From Glaucostegus cemiculus (taxonomy: Eukaryota), in assembly GCA_976551045.1 (NCBI GenBank), contig CDPCPM010000056.1, positions 21,328,001 to 21,392,000 of the forward strand: a stretch of 64,000 bases of DNA, in the 5' to 3' direction. Position 1 is the first letter of the stretch. Each line of letters opens with the position of its first letter. The position numbers and the translations under genes are program-made. The notes under the pieces are model-generated. The model ran no database searches. It had not been told where the DNA came from and worked only from the letters and a program-made list of their open reading frames with translations. Shown in pieces: positions 35,640-49,150 of the stretch.

Positions 35640-35950
35640 GCCTGTCTCTTTTCAGATGCCCAAGTAATACCAGTTGTGTATGCCTCCACAGCTGAGCCAT
35701 TAGTCAGAAGAAGAAGAGAAATAAATGGTGAATAGAATGATTTTGAGGCTATAAAGCCAGGATGATAGCATTCTTTGCATCTATAGGTACAGCAGTCCAC
35801 ATATGTGTGAATGGCTAAAGTTTGGCCTGGAGAAGGTAGCAGATCTCTATCATCACTGCATTAGCCTCCAGGTGCTTTGCAGTTCAGACAGATTGAAGTT
35901 GGAGGCCAGCTCCTGGAAAAAAGCCGAGCAAAGGCTCTTCTTTCCTACTG
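35640..35950 (-). mobile_element. PIF/Harbinger transposase N-terminal remnant
   Basis: The minus strand gives NLSELQSTWRL…VMIEICYLLQAKL*P…TAVPIDAK…FIASKSFY (~ LSE.QC.RRL…VTEICHLLQ.DLQP…TALPVAVK…FYASGSF). Confidence 0.5.
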
Positions 35951-37132
35951 TTCCTGGTCATACTTGAGACTCAGCAAGACCTCAGATAAAGTACCTACAC
36001 TTTCACACTGGAAAAAATCTGGTTTCACCTCCAAAACGCTACCAAATTACCAGAGGCATGGCCTCTCCAGACCTCACCTGAGCCAATAAACTCTGCTTTG
36101 ACTAACTCCTCAGAAGACTAGCAAATAAACGGCAATCCCTTTAAACAGTGTAAATTCAAGGTTTGACCACAGTTTAGGCCTTATTTCTTATGTGTGGCTA
36201 ATCTGCTTGTTAATTGCATGTACATGAATCAATATCAAAGGGGACGTTTCAATGATGCATTGCACAACACCTGACATCACCCCTGCATCTTTGTGTACTT
36301 TGTGCATGTGCATATCACTTGCATGGATCCTTACGACTGAAAATGATGATATTTTGTGTCATGCATGCTATAACCTTTTTTGCATCACATTTCAATCTCA
36401 TAGCACAAAAGCAGGCACTATGTGATTGAACTTCTAGGCCATTGTCCTTTACCTGAAATTCACATGCCTTGAAATTTGCTTTTTTTTCTTTTTCAAGTTG
36501 ACACAATGAACACTGTTAAAGGATGCTTTTATTGGGGTATATTTAGTTAATAATAAAATCCTACCACTAAATCCATTTTGCAGTGGCTACTACTTTTGGG
36601 TAGAAGACAGCTGGAAAGTGGTTTAATTAAAAAAAATCATTCATTGCAAGTGATCAAATTAGCTTACTTCAATGATAATATTTGACTAATGTGATGAAGT
36701 TTATCCAACTTTTCAGGACAAATTGGTATTATATTGATTTTTAAAATTATTTTTAAGATAGTCATGATGGCTGAGTGCTTGAGTTGTTGCCCAGAATTCA
36801 GAGGACTGACCTCAGATTCACTTTCTCCTTTTATCATTTACTCCAAGTAAGATTTTAATTTTTTAAAAGGAATTCTGCTGGTGAGAATTCCTATTTGAAA
36901 TGGCCCTGGCTGATGAGATTTCCCATGTAAATGATGTCCTGATTAAAAAGTGAGTCCTATTAACACAAACATTCTCTATACAATATATAATATTCTCTAT
37001 ATAAATCACATGGATGAGATCCTTTTTGAAAAGGTTTCCTGATTCTGATATCTTGTCCTGTTATGCATAAAAGTCACTTTGCACCTGGGTTCTTACAACC
37101 ATGAATGGATGCCATTCTTTCCCTTTTCCCAC

Positions 37133-37228
37133 CTGGTATCTGTCTGAGTGATGAGTGTCATCTGCAGAGAGAGGTGATGCTGTTGGCGATTCCCCTTCCC
37201 TTTTAATTGGTGCTGATAGCAAAACAGA
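37133..37228 (-). CDS. RNF220: RNF220 coding exon, 96 nt, SVLLSAPIKREGESPTASPLSADDTHHSDRYQ
   Basis: Acceptor ctttcctctttctgcag| and donor CAG|gtggga. Phase 0/0. Lies within ORF 37061..37282. Motifs IKREGESPTASP and HHSDRYQ are characteristic of RNF220. Confidence 0.95.
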
Positions 37229-38419
37229 CTGCAGAAAGAGGAAAGAATATTTGTTAAAAACACAACATTCACAATGTAACACATTACTTTCTGCATTTTA
37301 GATTTTAGAAAACATTAACATGATAAATAGGATGTTTGTAGGAATGCACAGCACCAATGTACAAATAATTCCGGCAAGGTGTCAGGGCACAGGCTCTTCT
37401 CATCAACTCACAGTGCTGTGCTGGCACTTGCTTCTCTTCCTTAGAAGGAAATGCTCGCAATTCTGTGTTGTTAATCCTGTTACTTTATGATAAAACTTCA
37501 GCATTTCTCAAAGAAAACAAAAATAATACAGCACAACTATTACAAATACTAATGATTACTTATGACACATGCATGTTCTGGTGTCTTTCACTATTTTTTC
37601 ATACTTTCTTACACACAAACTCTTACCAATGTGTGCCAGCAAGATCAAAAAATCACAAGGACCACCTGCATACTCTGACACAACGAAAGATACCAGGCCT
37701 TAAAAGTCTTTCTACAGCTTTGAATGTATTTAAAAACGTTTGTTTATGTGAATTTACACAGCAAGTCTAGAATTGCTATAGCTCATTTTCTGCTTGTAAT
37801 GATAAGATTGTGAATCACATCTTAGGGATCAGAAGATGAAGTTAATCCCATGAAAACTGATGTGAAGTTTTACAAAGATTCCTTCAGCTTGACACTGCCA
37901 GGAGTTTAACAACAATTTTCATTTATATAGCAATTTTCTACTCATATAACATTACAAGATATTTCATAGGAGATTATAAAGTAAAATTTGACAGAAGTTT
38001 CATTTGGAATTAGTGGAAAATGTGATCAAAAGCTTGGTTCTGATTTTGGAGGTGGAGAAGAGGGGTCAAATTCCAGCCTTTAGAGCCTATGCAGCTGGAC
38101 TGGTCAAATTAAAAGCAGAGGTTCACAAGAAGCCAGAATTGAAGTATAACTTAAGTATGGTATCAAACTGGTTTGAAGAAGTTGATTGAACAGACTAGAT
38201 ACAATTTAAATCTATCTGGAGTTAACTGAAGAGTTTCTCAAGCAAGGACATTTGCTTCCTGTGTTTTCTAAAAGTTTACTTTTTAACTTCTGGGATGGGA
38301 GCACCATATACGTCTACAACTTACTTGAAAATAGCTCTCTAGAACCAAAGAGTTGGAAAATCCATCTAAGCAAAGAAGCCATTTAAGGAGACAATATTGA
38401 TTTATGATTGAACTTTGTA

Positions 38420-39450
38420 CAACCACCTTTGCCCATAACCTTTAATAACCTCTTTGGCTTTTTGTTAACCAATCTTAGGTTTAAAATTTAAAACTGACTA
38501 GACATCAATAGCAACTTGTAGCAAGCATTCCAAACCTATCATATTTTGCATACATTTTTCTTCATCTTGCAGGATTTTTCTCTAATTTTTTTATTGTGGC
38601 CCCAAGTCCTGGACTCAACAACCAACAGACATTGTTTTTCTCTCTTTATCTCCTTAATATCTTGAAAACATTGACTAAACCCTACTTTAGCCTTTTAAAT
38701 TTCTGAGAATACAACCTTACTTTTGTGTAATCTCTCCTTGTAATTTAACGCTGTGTCGAGGTATCATTTGGTAAATTCACCCTGCACTTTCACTCAGGCC
38801 AATATACTCTTCCCAAGGTGTGGTGACCAGATGGTTCACAATACTTCAGGTATGGTCTCTTCAGAGTTTTTCATAACTGTGGCAAAGCTTCTACCTCCTT
38901 CTATTACATTCCTCTATATCTAAAAGTCAGCAAGCTTTTCTCATTCTTTCCTGTACCTGACCTTATGGATGTGGACCATTAAATTTCTTTGGACCTTCGC
39001 GGCTTCTAGTTTTTCACCATTTAGCCAGTGCTCTGTTCTAGCTTTTTAAGGTCCAAATTGGAGGGCCTCAGAATCAGAATCAGAGTCACTGACATAGGAT
39101 GTGAAATTGCCTCAAACTTGCCTCATGTTGATAACCATATAACTACAGTTTGGCTCATTTACTTAATCTATCATATCTCTTCATATAACTTCATTCTTCT
39201 ATCCAAAGGGTTTACAGTGCTATTTATCTTTATGTCACCAGCCTTCCATTTGAAGAACCTAAGTTATTTATAAATACCATGAATAGTCGTTGCCCTAATG
39301 CAAATCATTCCAGGACTCCACTAGTCAGATGCTGCTAATCTGAGTACCTTCCCAGTTTCTCAACCAGCTTTCTGCTGCCCAGCCAGTTTTCCGGCCTTTG
39401 ATTTGCCTTCAGATCCACGAGCTTTAACTTTAGCTAACAGTTTCAGATGT
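38420..39450 (-). mobile_element. CR1 LINE remnant
   Basis: gtaaattcaccctgcactttcactcaggccaatata…aggtgtggtgaccag…caatacttcagg (antisense LEYC…WSP.L…DI..LE.VQ). Confidence 0.7.
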
Positions 39451-40019
39451 GGGTTCAGGGAAATAATGTAACATTGAAAACCATCACCAAAATTAAATCA
39501 GAAACAAATAGGCATTAACTTGGAGTTACCACTTAACTATATGCAATAATATATGGGCATATACAAAGTGATAATTTTCCTATCTATTATATATTAATAA
39601 TTTATGATGACAGCTATAAAGCATAAAGCCAAAATGAAATGAGGAAAGTCCACATGCTCCATTATCCTTTCCATAGGCCCCCAAAAACTTGAAAATTCAA
39701 GTTCTCCTTTTGAGTTTTTCTATCTGCTAAAAGAGGCAAATAATCATTTCCATGAAAAGAAAATTCATTGTGTAATCTTTTCTTGAGGCCAAAGGCTGTT
39801 TACCTAAAACTCCAGGATATCCAACTAAAATATCTTATGCCCAGACCTGTTCTATTGGTTCCAAGAAGACTTGTCCTATTTGACTTCGGAGAATTATTAT
39901 CTGAGCCACAACTTATTCCTATAAACTTCAATCCCTTTCATACTCAGATATTTCATCCTGGTCTTTTTCAAGGATTTAATCAACGTAACATTAACTGCTT
40001 TTGATAGGAATCTGTTCTA

Positions 40020-40300
40020 CATATCTACAATTGTGTGGGGGAGAAACAATTTCTTCTAATCTCTAGTCTTGCTTGAGGCGTGTCAATTTTGTACTTGTGT
40101 GCTCTAGACCTACAATCAAATTTTAAGTTAAATAACCGGCTTACATCCACGTTATCCGTGCCTCGCGGCATTTTAAAGACCTGAATCACGCCATATCTTT
40201 TTTTATTCAATGAGAACGTCAGATTCTGTCAGCCTATCTTCATAACATAGCAGCAAGTGTTAGAAGCATCCTTGTCACTCTGCTCCCAATCATTCACATA
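40020..40300 (-). mobile_element. CR1 fragment
   Basis: ORF 40025..40210 reads VIQVFKMPRGTDNVD…RSRAHKYKI…RLEIRRNCFS. Confidence 0.75.
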
Positions 40301-43300
40301 AAATCATTCTGATGTCAGGCAGCCTGTAACTTATACATGTCCTCTGGGCACACAGTTGTATATTTCTCAACATTTTAATAAATCATTACTTTTATTATTA
40401 ATGTTCTAACTAAATACTTAGACATTACACATGGGCGCCAGGAATTGTGCCACGCTACAGTAATTAAAAAGTTTTTAGTCACAATTTGTTTTAAAAATAT
40501 CAATAATAAGAAAAGGAATTGGTTTATGTTTTTTTAATTTTAGATGTTGATTAATCAACTACTTCCGATATAAATAATAAATGCTGATGACATCATAAGG
40601 GAAACAAGCCGAGAGAAGGTATGAAATATGAGAGCTGAATTAATGAAATTAGTAGCCAAGGATGTTTTGCCAGCTATATCAACTCACAAAGAGTGTCAGA
40701 TAATTTCTTGACGAGTGTTCATAGCCAAACAGCTGTTCTTTGTGAATCCCTCTCCCCCAAGTAAGATAAGCAGTTTATTCGGCAGATTATCAGATATTTT
40801 TAATCAGAAGAAACAAAATGAAGTGAAAGTATGCTCAATTTATAACAAGAAGTCTTGATAGTAAGACTTTTACTTTAACCACCGATTTAGCATTCCCTCT
40901 TTTTAACTCATGGAGCTGAAGTGATGTCCAGGATATGCCATGGTAGTATTTTTGCAATGTAAATTACTCTTTCTTTTCCAAAGCCTTTTATTTAAAATAG
41001 AGGTCAAATGATTAATAGTCCACAATAGTTTTAGTCAAGTAGAAGCTCATTCCTGTATTAATCAAATAACTGAATAATCGGTATTCTCCCTATGCAGACA
41101 GTGGAATTAAATGTTATGTATTGGTTTCATACTTTTGGCCAGCTGCTAAAGCAAGGCCCATTTATTTCACAGCCTCTGAGATCCATGGAGACGACCTCTG
41201 AAAAATGTAGGGCCGAACTAATCCCAAACATGTCAATCTCAAGCCCTCTTCTACATACGGCTGCAGCTCAGCTTAATAAACTATTCTTAAATACTGTGGA
41301 GCTGCTCACTTCCAAACACCTCCCTTGCATGTGAAGTGGAAGTGCAGAGCCACTGATACCAAATAATACTGTCCTTCTGTAGCTGTAGTGTATTATAGGA
41401 GTGTCACAAATAATAGATCTTTTAATGCCAAACAGTTGCAGGTTGTCTGGGTGAATAATCGATTATTCAGTGATGACAAAAAGGGACATAGGGCAGTTGT
41501 TACAATTTTAGCATTTTATTTTTTTTAACAATAAATATTGTTATTTTGAACTGCAGTGCAGGAATGGGGCACTATCAATCATCCAATGCCATAAAGCACA
41601 TTCCATTTTTCATGAGGACCAATGGTTGGAGTTGCCTGTTGTGGCACTCGACTCAATAAGTATGTGGTGGTTGGATGATGTAGCATCAGAGTATTGCAGG
41701 AATTAACAGCATTCACTCAGACCTGAAAGTAAAATATTCAGCAGGCTAAAACTGGACAGAAGGAGTAACATGGAGGAAAGGTCAACATGATTATATACCA
41801 CTGTCACTGATATCTCTTGAACAGGCATTTACTGCTGGGGGCATCTAGTGGTAAGAGATTAATACTGCATTGATTTTAAAGATTTCTTAGCTTTTGTGAT
41901 ATGGACTGCAAAATATTATTAGAATCAATGGAAACTAGTTTGGCCCTTTCTATCAAATTTCATACCAGCTGTTCATTGGAAACATAGTGTATACTTAAAT
42001 CTAACACTGCAGAATCAGCCATTTTAATGATTGGCTCAATCTGGTTTGTTTATTGATGACTGGTGCACATAAATAGACATTTGGTCCCAACACGTTAAAG
42101 TCCCAGGTGTTGCCCCTGTCAATTGGAGCCTTCATTTCTCAGCCACGCAGAGTGCAGAACATGACCAAGCCTTTTCACCTTGCAATTTCTGAGCACACTT
42201 CCCTGTAAATGACATGTTCTCCTTGATGATGCAAATGGCATTAGTAGCATTTATAAAAGTAATAACACCCAATTGAAGAAAAACAGATATTGTTGAAATG
42301 GCTGCAAACGAAGAAGACAGAAGTTAAATTTGAAAGGAAAAATCCAATGTGATGCTGGACCCCTTTCAATTCCTGGGATGTGCTGTAAATATATTATTAC
42401 CAACCTTTGTTAGAATATTTTTACAAGCCTTTGCTTAAGCTTCATTAAAGCTAATTAAAGCCCTTGTTAAGAACAACTAACTGCCAGCACTGAATTTATG
42501 ACATTTGTTTATGTTCTTCGATCCCACAGTTTGGAACTGTGGTTTCTCAGAGACTTCTTATTTGACTTTATAGTAAATGATTATGAGTTAAGCTGTTATA
42601 AAATGTGGTCATGATTGTTATCCTGCTGCAAACCACAGAATGGGAATCAGAATTCCTTCCAAGTTGAATAATTTTGAAGTTCACATAGATGCAGCGAATA
42701 GAAGTACAACTCTGAACTGCTGAAAATTCATGAATCCAGGAATGCTATAAAATGTCACCTTAGATTGCCATTAACTAATCAACACGACACTCTCCCTTTT
42801 CACTGATCCTGAATCATCAAGGTTTTATTTAAAGAAACTAGCAGTTAAGATTAAGGAGGAAATGTGCTCAACTTTTGAATGACATGATTTAGGATTCCTT
42901 TCAGTTTTGTTCTCTCAGTACTCCTGGAGGGGAGCAACAAAAAAAAACTTTACAAAATGTGATTGTTTCAGTGCATGGGAGCAAGGATGGAAGACAACCT
43001 TTTTGTAATGGGCTAGTATCTCCTGCCAATGGTAAACTACTGACCTATGAAAAATGTCCAAACATAGCTTTTGTAGTCCCCTGGTGTTAACTGGTTATAA
43101 AATGCCAGCCCAAAACTTACTGATGATACCCTGCATGATGACAAGACCATATGGGTATGGCCACAGCATGGTTATGAAATAGCTGAACAAAACTTTGGTT
43201 GCCAGCCAAGCCATACCCTCGTTTAATCAGCTGTCAAACTTGTCAAAAACTATGAATGTTTCAGAACATCCCTGTAGAATGTAAGTTGCCTAATACACAT

Positions 43301-44449
43301 CCACAAATTTTTAAAGAGGAATCATTGTTCCCATGCCTTGCCTAACTTGGCGCAGGTTTGCAATATGTAAAAATGAATTGATGATTTACAATAATGCAGT
43401 CAGCAAATCAGCATCAAAGAATGGCCAGCATGTCTGAGAGTTCCGCATTTGCAAACTTGTTGGCAGCGATAAGGATAGTTAGTGGCAGCTCTCTGTGTAG
43501 AAGAAAAAGACCTCTGTTGAAATTATAATTAGAAGTGCACTACATGTAGGCTAACCTGCTAAAGCTCAGAAATTTTTCCAATCTTCAAAGAAGTTGACCA
43601 TTCAAAGCCACCTTAAATGCACTGGATCTACTCTTGGCCACCAATGGCTGTCTGAATCATAGATTTCTAAATGCTGATCCTGGAAATTATCTTGGAAGGA
43701 AATCAGAGAAAAGCAACTTGCTGCTTACTTTGGAGACTTCAAATGAAGGATCTACTATCTGGCTGCTGTAACACCCTTTGCTTGCTACCCAATTGTCAAC
43801 AAAGAGGTGAAAGGGAAAATAACTGAGAAAACCCACCTTACACCTGAATTTTCAGCTGTTAAAGTTGCAGGAAAAATATGGGTTGGACATATGAGCAAAT
43901 GATGACTCTCTTAGAGCAATAACCCTGGGTGTGGCTACCTATTATGATATGGTGAACTTATTATAGCTGTGATTACCTTGTTTGCTCTAAGTCACTGTAA
44001 GTCTTCTGTCCCATAATCTCCCAGGCCCATAATACAAGAGCTGCTCCAAACTTGCATCCCTTCAAGGTTGTGGGTTAGTATTGGGACCCATGACATTTCA
44101 GACACGCTGTGTGACAACTTAAAGCAGTGGACATTGCATAGGCATGCCACAACAAGCTAGATTTGTACACTTGGTCTCTATCCAATAGTTCTGGCTGAAA
44201 ATTATTCGCAGTTTCAAGAAAAAGAACAGGATTGGGCTTAACCACCTTGTTCCCCATGGGTGAAAAGGCTTATTGTTCCCTCATACCTAGTGTGACAAAT
44301 GACCCTTGGATAAGTTACTAGAGATTAGCAGGACCTGATAGCAATCATAAATTTGGAAGAGAGATAAGGAAGGATCTTTTTAAGAATATATATTTCAAAA
44401 TAGTTGAAATAATGACTGAAAACATAAGGATTCTGTTGCAAATTTGAAA

Positions 44450-44575
44450 AATCTGCAGATGCTGGAATCTAAAACAAAAACAGAAAATGCTGGAAATACT
44501 CAGCAGGTCAGGCCACATCTGTGAGAAGAGGAAATATCAATGTCTTATGTCTATAACCATTAATCAGAACCCTGA
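44450..44575 (+). repeat. Penelope-type terminal repeat
   Basis: ctgcagatgctggaatctaaaacaaaaacagaaaatgctggaaatactcagcaggtcagg. Confidence 0.75.
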
Positions 44576-44799
44576 TATGTATTTCACTCACAATCATTGA
44601 CAGCAACGCTGCCTACTGACTATAATGATTTCAGCACCCAGCCAGTGCTAGCTGGGCTGTAGATTTCACAACTGACCAGTTAGAGCTATTCTGCACTGCT
44701 TTAAGATAGCCTGTGCCTCTTAAAGGGAAGGGGCATCGAGGGTGCAGCAGGTACTGGAAGTCATTCTACAACAGGACTTGACCTGGGAAATTATAATGA

Positions 44800-45350
44800 A
44801 TGGAACAATATAGGAAAGAGCAAGCTCCAAGCTTTACAGATGGTCTACTGTAGGCCTTGGAGGAGGAAGCATGAAACTGCTGAGGGCAGAGAAGAGAGTA
44901 CAGAGTGGAATATGTACAGTAGGTGTCCCTTCAAACACAGTGCATTGACAGTAGGAACAGAAAGCCATCTTGATTAATGCCAAGAGTCAAGCACTGAGTC
45001 CCTGCGTGCTGTGCTGAAAGAACTTCAATGACCTTATACGAGCAGTTCAGGTCAATGAATGCATTTTCTAATGTCATTTCCTATCTACTTCATTTTTGCT
45101 ACTGGACCCAGAAGATGTCCAATGCGCTATAGTCCCATCACTCACCTACCACTGTCAGTCAAGACCTGTACTTAAGTTTATATATTCCACTGCTTATTTA
45201 ACACTGCTAAGACCTACATCCAACAGCCTGTACATGGAGGCTTTATCACCATGATAGCCACATCATACAAACACAGCACTCACTCATACTTCCCTTTCTC
45301 TTGTAGGATAAGGTAGTGCAAAACCAAAAGCAGCAGGAGCCCACACTTGT
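44800..45350 (+). pseudogene. Harbinger Myb/SANT-like DNA-binding protein pseudogene (two exons, intron 45051-45306)
   Basis: MEQYRKEQAPSFTDGLL*ALEEEA…Q*EQKAILINAKSQALSPCVLC*KNFNDLIRAVQ|gtcaat…tttctcttgtag|DKVVQNQKQQ (~ R.PRFSD..LE.L…W..VA..VNA.S…QCRKKFNDL…K.AHN). Confidence 0.7.
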
Positions 45351-45499
45351 CTATCAGCTTCTTGTAGGTCATCTGCAATCTCCCACCAGCCCACTGAAGC
45401 AGAACTCGAACAAGAAAGGACCAAGAGAACATACACAGATGGCTTGTTGTCATTGCCGTGATTTTGTTTGTTTATTTTCAGCTTTTATTTTAGCATTGT

Positions 45500-46480
45500 G
45501 GCCAAATGGATGTTCAGTAATAGAAGGAACACGCTGTACAGCTATTAGTGCATTGGGTGCTGGAGTTGCAGTTACCAACAGACACCTCAGATAAATTCTT
45601 CACAGACCACCCAGGCAGAAAAAAGTTGACTGGATTGTCTCCTCTCCTCTTTCTTCCTCTTCTTCAAAGCTAGTAAACCTTGATTTCCTGTTGTTTGGCC
45701 ATTTATTTTGACACCCACTCTACTGAGAACTGCAGAGCTTCCCCAAAATGATCTAAGCAGTGGAAGCACTACTTCTGCCTACTGATGGCCTGTTATAAGA
45801 CATATCATGTAGCATGATAGCTTTCATTGTACCAAAGCTGTGAATGTCTACATGGGTTGCATATCAGAATTATCAGGCATTTGTCAGTGGATAGCCCTTG
45901 TTATGCAATAGCCATGCTTTGGTTCCCTGTACTTGTTCAAGCACACTACAATAGACTGCTACAGAATGAAGCATCTTCATAGCTGCTAGACACTGATTAC
46001 TATGATTCTCTGTCTAAGTTGACATACCACGTGGATGTCGAGGAAGTGGAATCCATTTTGACTTTGGTATAGGATATGTAACCCTTGCAAGTGATGTGCA
46101 TGCAATGAATATCACTGGGGAAGCCTGCATTCCTGGCTTAACTGATACTCTCCTCACCTAATTCTCTCTGGCATAAAGGAACAAGATGAGGGCTAGTTTT
46201 CTTTAAATAATAATGCTTATCTGAACAGCAGAGTGCAGGATGAGATGTTGCAAATATTTCAACATGGAAGGAGCCAGGCACATAAAAGTCCGTTCTCATA
46301 GACATTTTGACAGCCGCTGGCAATGAAGGCTTACACGAGTCGTAACTATAGCAGGTGGCAAATTATGACATAGCCATTTGGTGAAATGTTCTTTGGTACA
46401 TGCCGCATTGTTTCCTGTAGACTTCTGAAAAAATTCTTAAGTCACAAAACACTTGGAGGTCATAGCAACAGCCAAAAAGA
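45500..46480 (-). pseudogene. Harbinger (HARBI1-like) DDE transposase pseudogene
   Basis: Ordered motifs on the minus strand: ICHLL; LPAAVKMSMRTDFYVPGSF (ORF 46138..46323); NGFHFLDIHVVC..RQRII; WLLHNKGYPL; YNESYHAT; FHCLDHFGEALQFS. Multiple stops and frameshifts. Confidence 0.8.
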
Positions 46481-48129
46481 AAAAAAAACCAACCAACATA
46501 TGATCCCAACTGACGGTAGGCTTACTCTTGCTACTGAAAACAAGCCCAGTCTTCTGATGTTAAGAGGGCATGAGCTGGAGCACTGTATTCCAAGAAAGCA
46601 GCACCGGTATCATGATCTGCCCGCTCTGTACATTTGCAATGGATATTCACTGGATGCTCACGGTACCCTTGTCCAAATGGCATCTGATGTAATTCACCCC
46701 ATAAGTGCGCTGAGGCACCACATATGTCATTTTAGGGCAGAAAGAATGGTCGGATCACCTCAAAAATAGACACTTCAGAGCTCAATTTCTCCCTGTAAAA
46801 ATCAGCAGAAGAATTCTCAATTATAGTGCTCACATTGTTTGAAGGAAAGCGAATGATAAAAGCATTTTGATGGAAGATACTTGTAATGATACAGCACCAT
46901 GAGACAGGGAAGGACAAAGTCTTTTGCAGTATCACCAAAGCACTCAATACTTTGACATATTTTTGCCACACTGGCATCTACAGAGGCAGAAAATCAGGGA
47001 CCCTCAGTGAGTCATCACCTGTTCTCTCCCTCCTTTTCTTCTTTCAGTGCTTGAAGAAAGGGTGTTGTGCAGGTCAGCAGTTGTGCTGAGAGGCTGAGAA
47101 ACGATAAAAGCGAGGAAAAATTAATCAAAAAAATAATTTGTGCAGCATGATTAAAAAACATAACTTTTACACAACCAGCTAGCTCAGCACAAGTGACATT
47201 TGCAAGAGGGAAAAGTATCTTCTAAAGGTAGGAGCTTAAAAATAATAATTCATGGCTTTTCAACCTTTTACATGATGTTCCCCCACCAGCTAATTTTAGG
47301 TTTAATGGCAGCGAGGCAATTAATCTTTGCAAGCCTGGTGGCTCCAACACCTCTGACTTCAAGACAGCTCCTTTTTAGAGAGAAGCATTAGACATCTTTC
47401 CCTTGCCATTTTCTATCCCACAAATTAATCTTTGTCGTACATCTCTAAAATGAATTGAAATTGCTAGCATATTGTAAATATTGTTTCCCTACGCGTGCAG
47501 GATCATGTGTCATAAAGTGAATGGAAGTGCATTTCCCTCTGACATTTTGTTAACTGAATTCCCTTTAAGGCAGCCATTTGAGACTATTAAGTGCTATCCC
47601 CTCATTTATGGACGGCTGAAAGAAGTCTTTCTCTCTCCCTTTCTTTTTCCTGTGTCTACTGGGTTGTCAGTAGATTAAACTAAAGAAAAACTCAGCTCCA
47701 ATAAAAACTGATTCCCCAGTTCTATTTCTTTTATCATTGCTGAGACAAATACTTTGGTACTTCTTTCCTCAAATTAATCATTATTTTGTGACCAACCTCT
47801 CTGGTCTTATAAAATGTGTTTTAAATGTGCCACTGGTCCTTTCTATCATTGAATGACTGCAGAGTTAAGGATCCCACTATATCATCATAACAAGCCTAAT
47901 CTGAGAGAAAAATATTAATTCATTTACAGGATGTAGACAGCGCTAGCAGGGTCTTCTTCATTATATTCAAGAAGGTGGTGGTGAACCACCTTAATGAACT
48001 TCTTGCCAAGAAGGGACCTTCACAGTATTGTTTGTTAGGAATACCAGGAGATCACCCAGCAACAACTAAGAATCTGCAATACATATTTAATTGTCAACAT
48101 TCCCATGTGCCTGCTGTCATTGCCCTTCT

Positions 48130-48830
48130 TGACATTTAGGTTGTTATCAAATAGCACAAGTAGAAGTAAATTATATTATCTAATAGTCACTACAGAGACA
48201 TAGCTAGAAGATGACTAAGTTAAAAGTAAATATTCTAGAGTACTTGACATTTCAGAAGAATAGGGAGCAAGGAAAAGGAGGTTTGGTAATTCTCTTAAGA
48301 AAAGTGGAAATTAATTCAGTACTGAGAAATTGTTTTAGGTCAGAATATCAGGATGTAGAATAAGTTTGGGTGGAGATATTAAAGAAGACACTGGTGGGAA
48401 ATGGTCTACAGGCTCCCCCCCAACTGCAGTTACATTCTAGAACAGAGTGTAAATAAAGAAATAATGGGGGCTTGCAAGATATGTACTGTAATAATCAAAG
48501 GTCACTTTAATCTTCATATAGACAGGACAAATCAAAGAAGCAAAGGTAGCACTGAGGATGAGTTCATAGTGTATATTCAAAGCAGTTACTTAGAACAATA
48601 TGTTATGGATCCATTGGAAGGGGGGAAGCTATTTGAGTCATACACAAATGGGATAGGATTAATTAATAGCAATGGATTCTCTGAGGAAGAATGTTAAAAG
48701 CATGGTAGAATTTCACATTCAGTTGAGAGTGAGAAACTTAGTTCTGAAAATAGAATTTTAAACATAAGTAAAGACAATTAACAAATGCATGAAGGCGGAG
48801 TTGGCTAAAATAAAGTCAATTAGCTGGAGG
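48130..48830 (+). mobile_element. CR1 APE-endonuclease remnant
   Basis: ORF 48401..48697 reads VYRLPPN…IIKGHFNLHID…SSYLEQYVMDP (~ VYRPPN…GDFN…FLEQYV.EP). Confidence 0.8.
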
Positions 48831-48984
48831 CAAAACTAGCTTAGGAACACCAGGTATGAACACTATAGCTGGGATTTTTGGTGGGTCCCGAGCTTTTTCT
48901 ATACTCATTGCGCTACATCAATGTAAGATTTATAACTTTGTGGAATGAAAAATGGTCACAGTGTGAAACATACTCAAATGACCA

Positions 48985-49150
48985 GTAATAAAAACAGAAA
49001 ATGCTGGAAAAAGTTAGCAGATGAGGCAAGATCTGTACAGAGAGAAACAGAGTAAATGTTTCACAAAAATCACCTTTTAGGAGTCCTGATAAAACTGATT
49101 TCATCAGTTTTTAGCATTTTCTGGTTTTATTTCTGATTGCCAACATTAAT
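48985..49150. repeat. Palindromic Penelope-type terminal repeat
   Basis: aataaaaacagaaaatgctgg… and inverted …agcattttctggttttatttc. Confidence 0.7.

Larger units (their letters stand above)
44600..46810. mobile_element. Fossil autonomous-type PIF/Harbinger DNA transposon (convergent Myb/SANT gene and DDE transposase)
   Basis: Supported by the two pseudogene entries inside it. Outer boundaries are uncertain. Confidence 0.7.

Noticed and set aside
41830-41853. CTCF-like site (minus strand CCACTAGATGCCCC)
   Set aside because: Mismatches in the GGC core and no supporting context.
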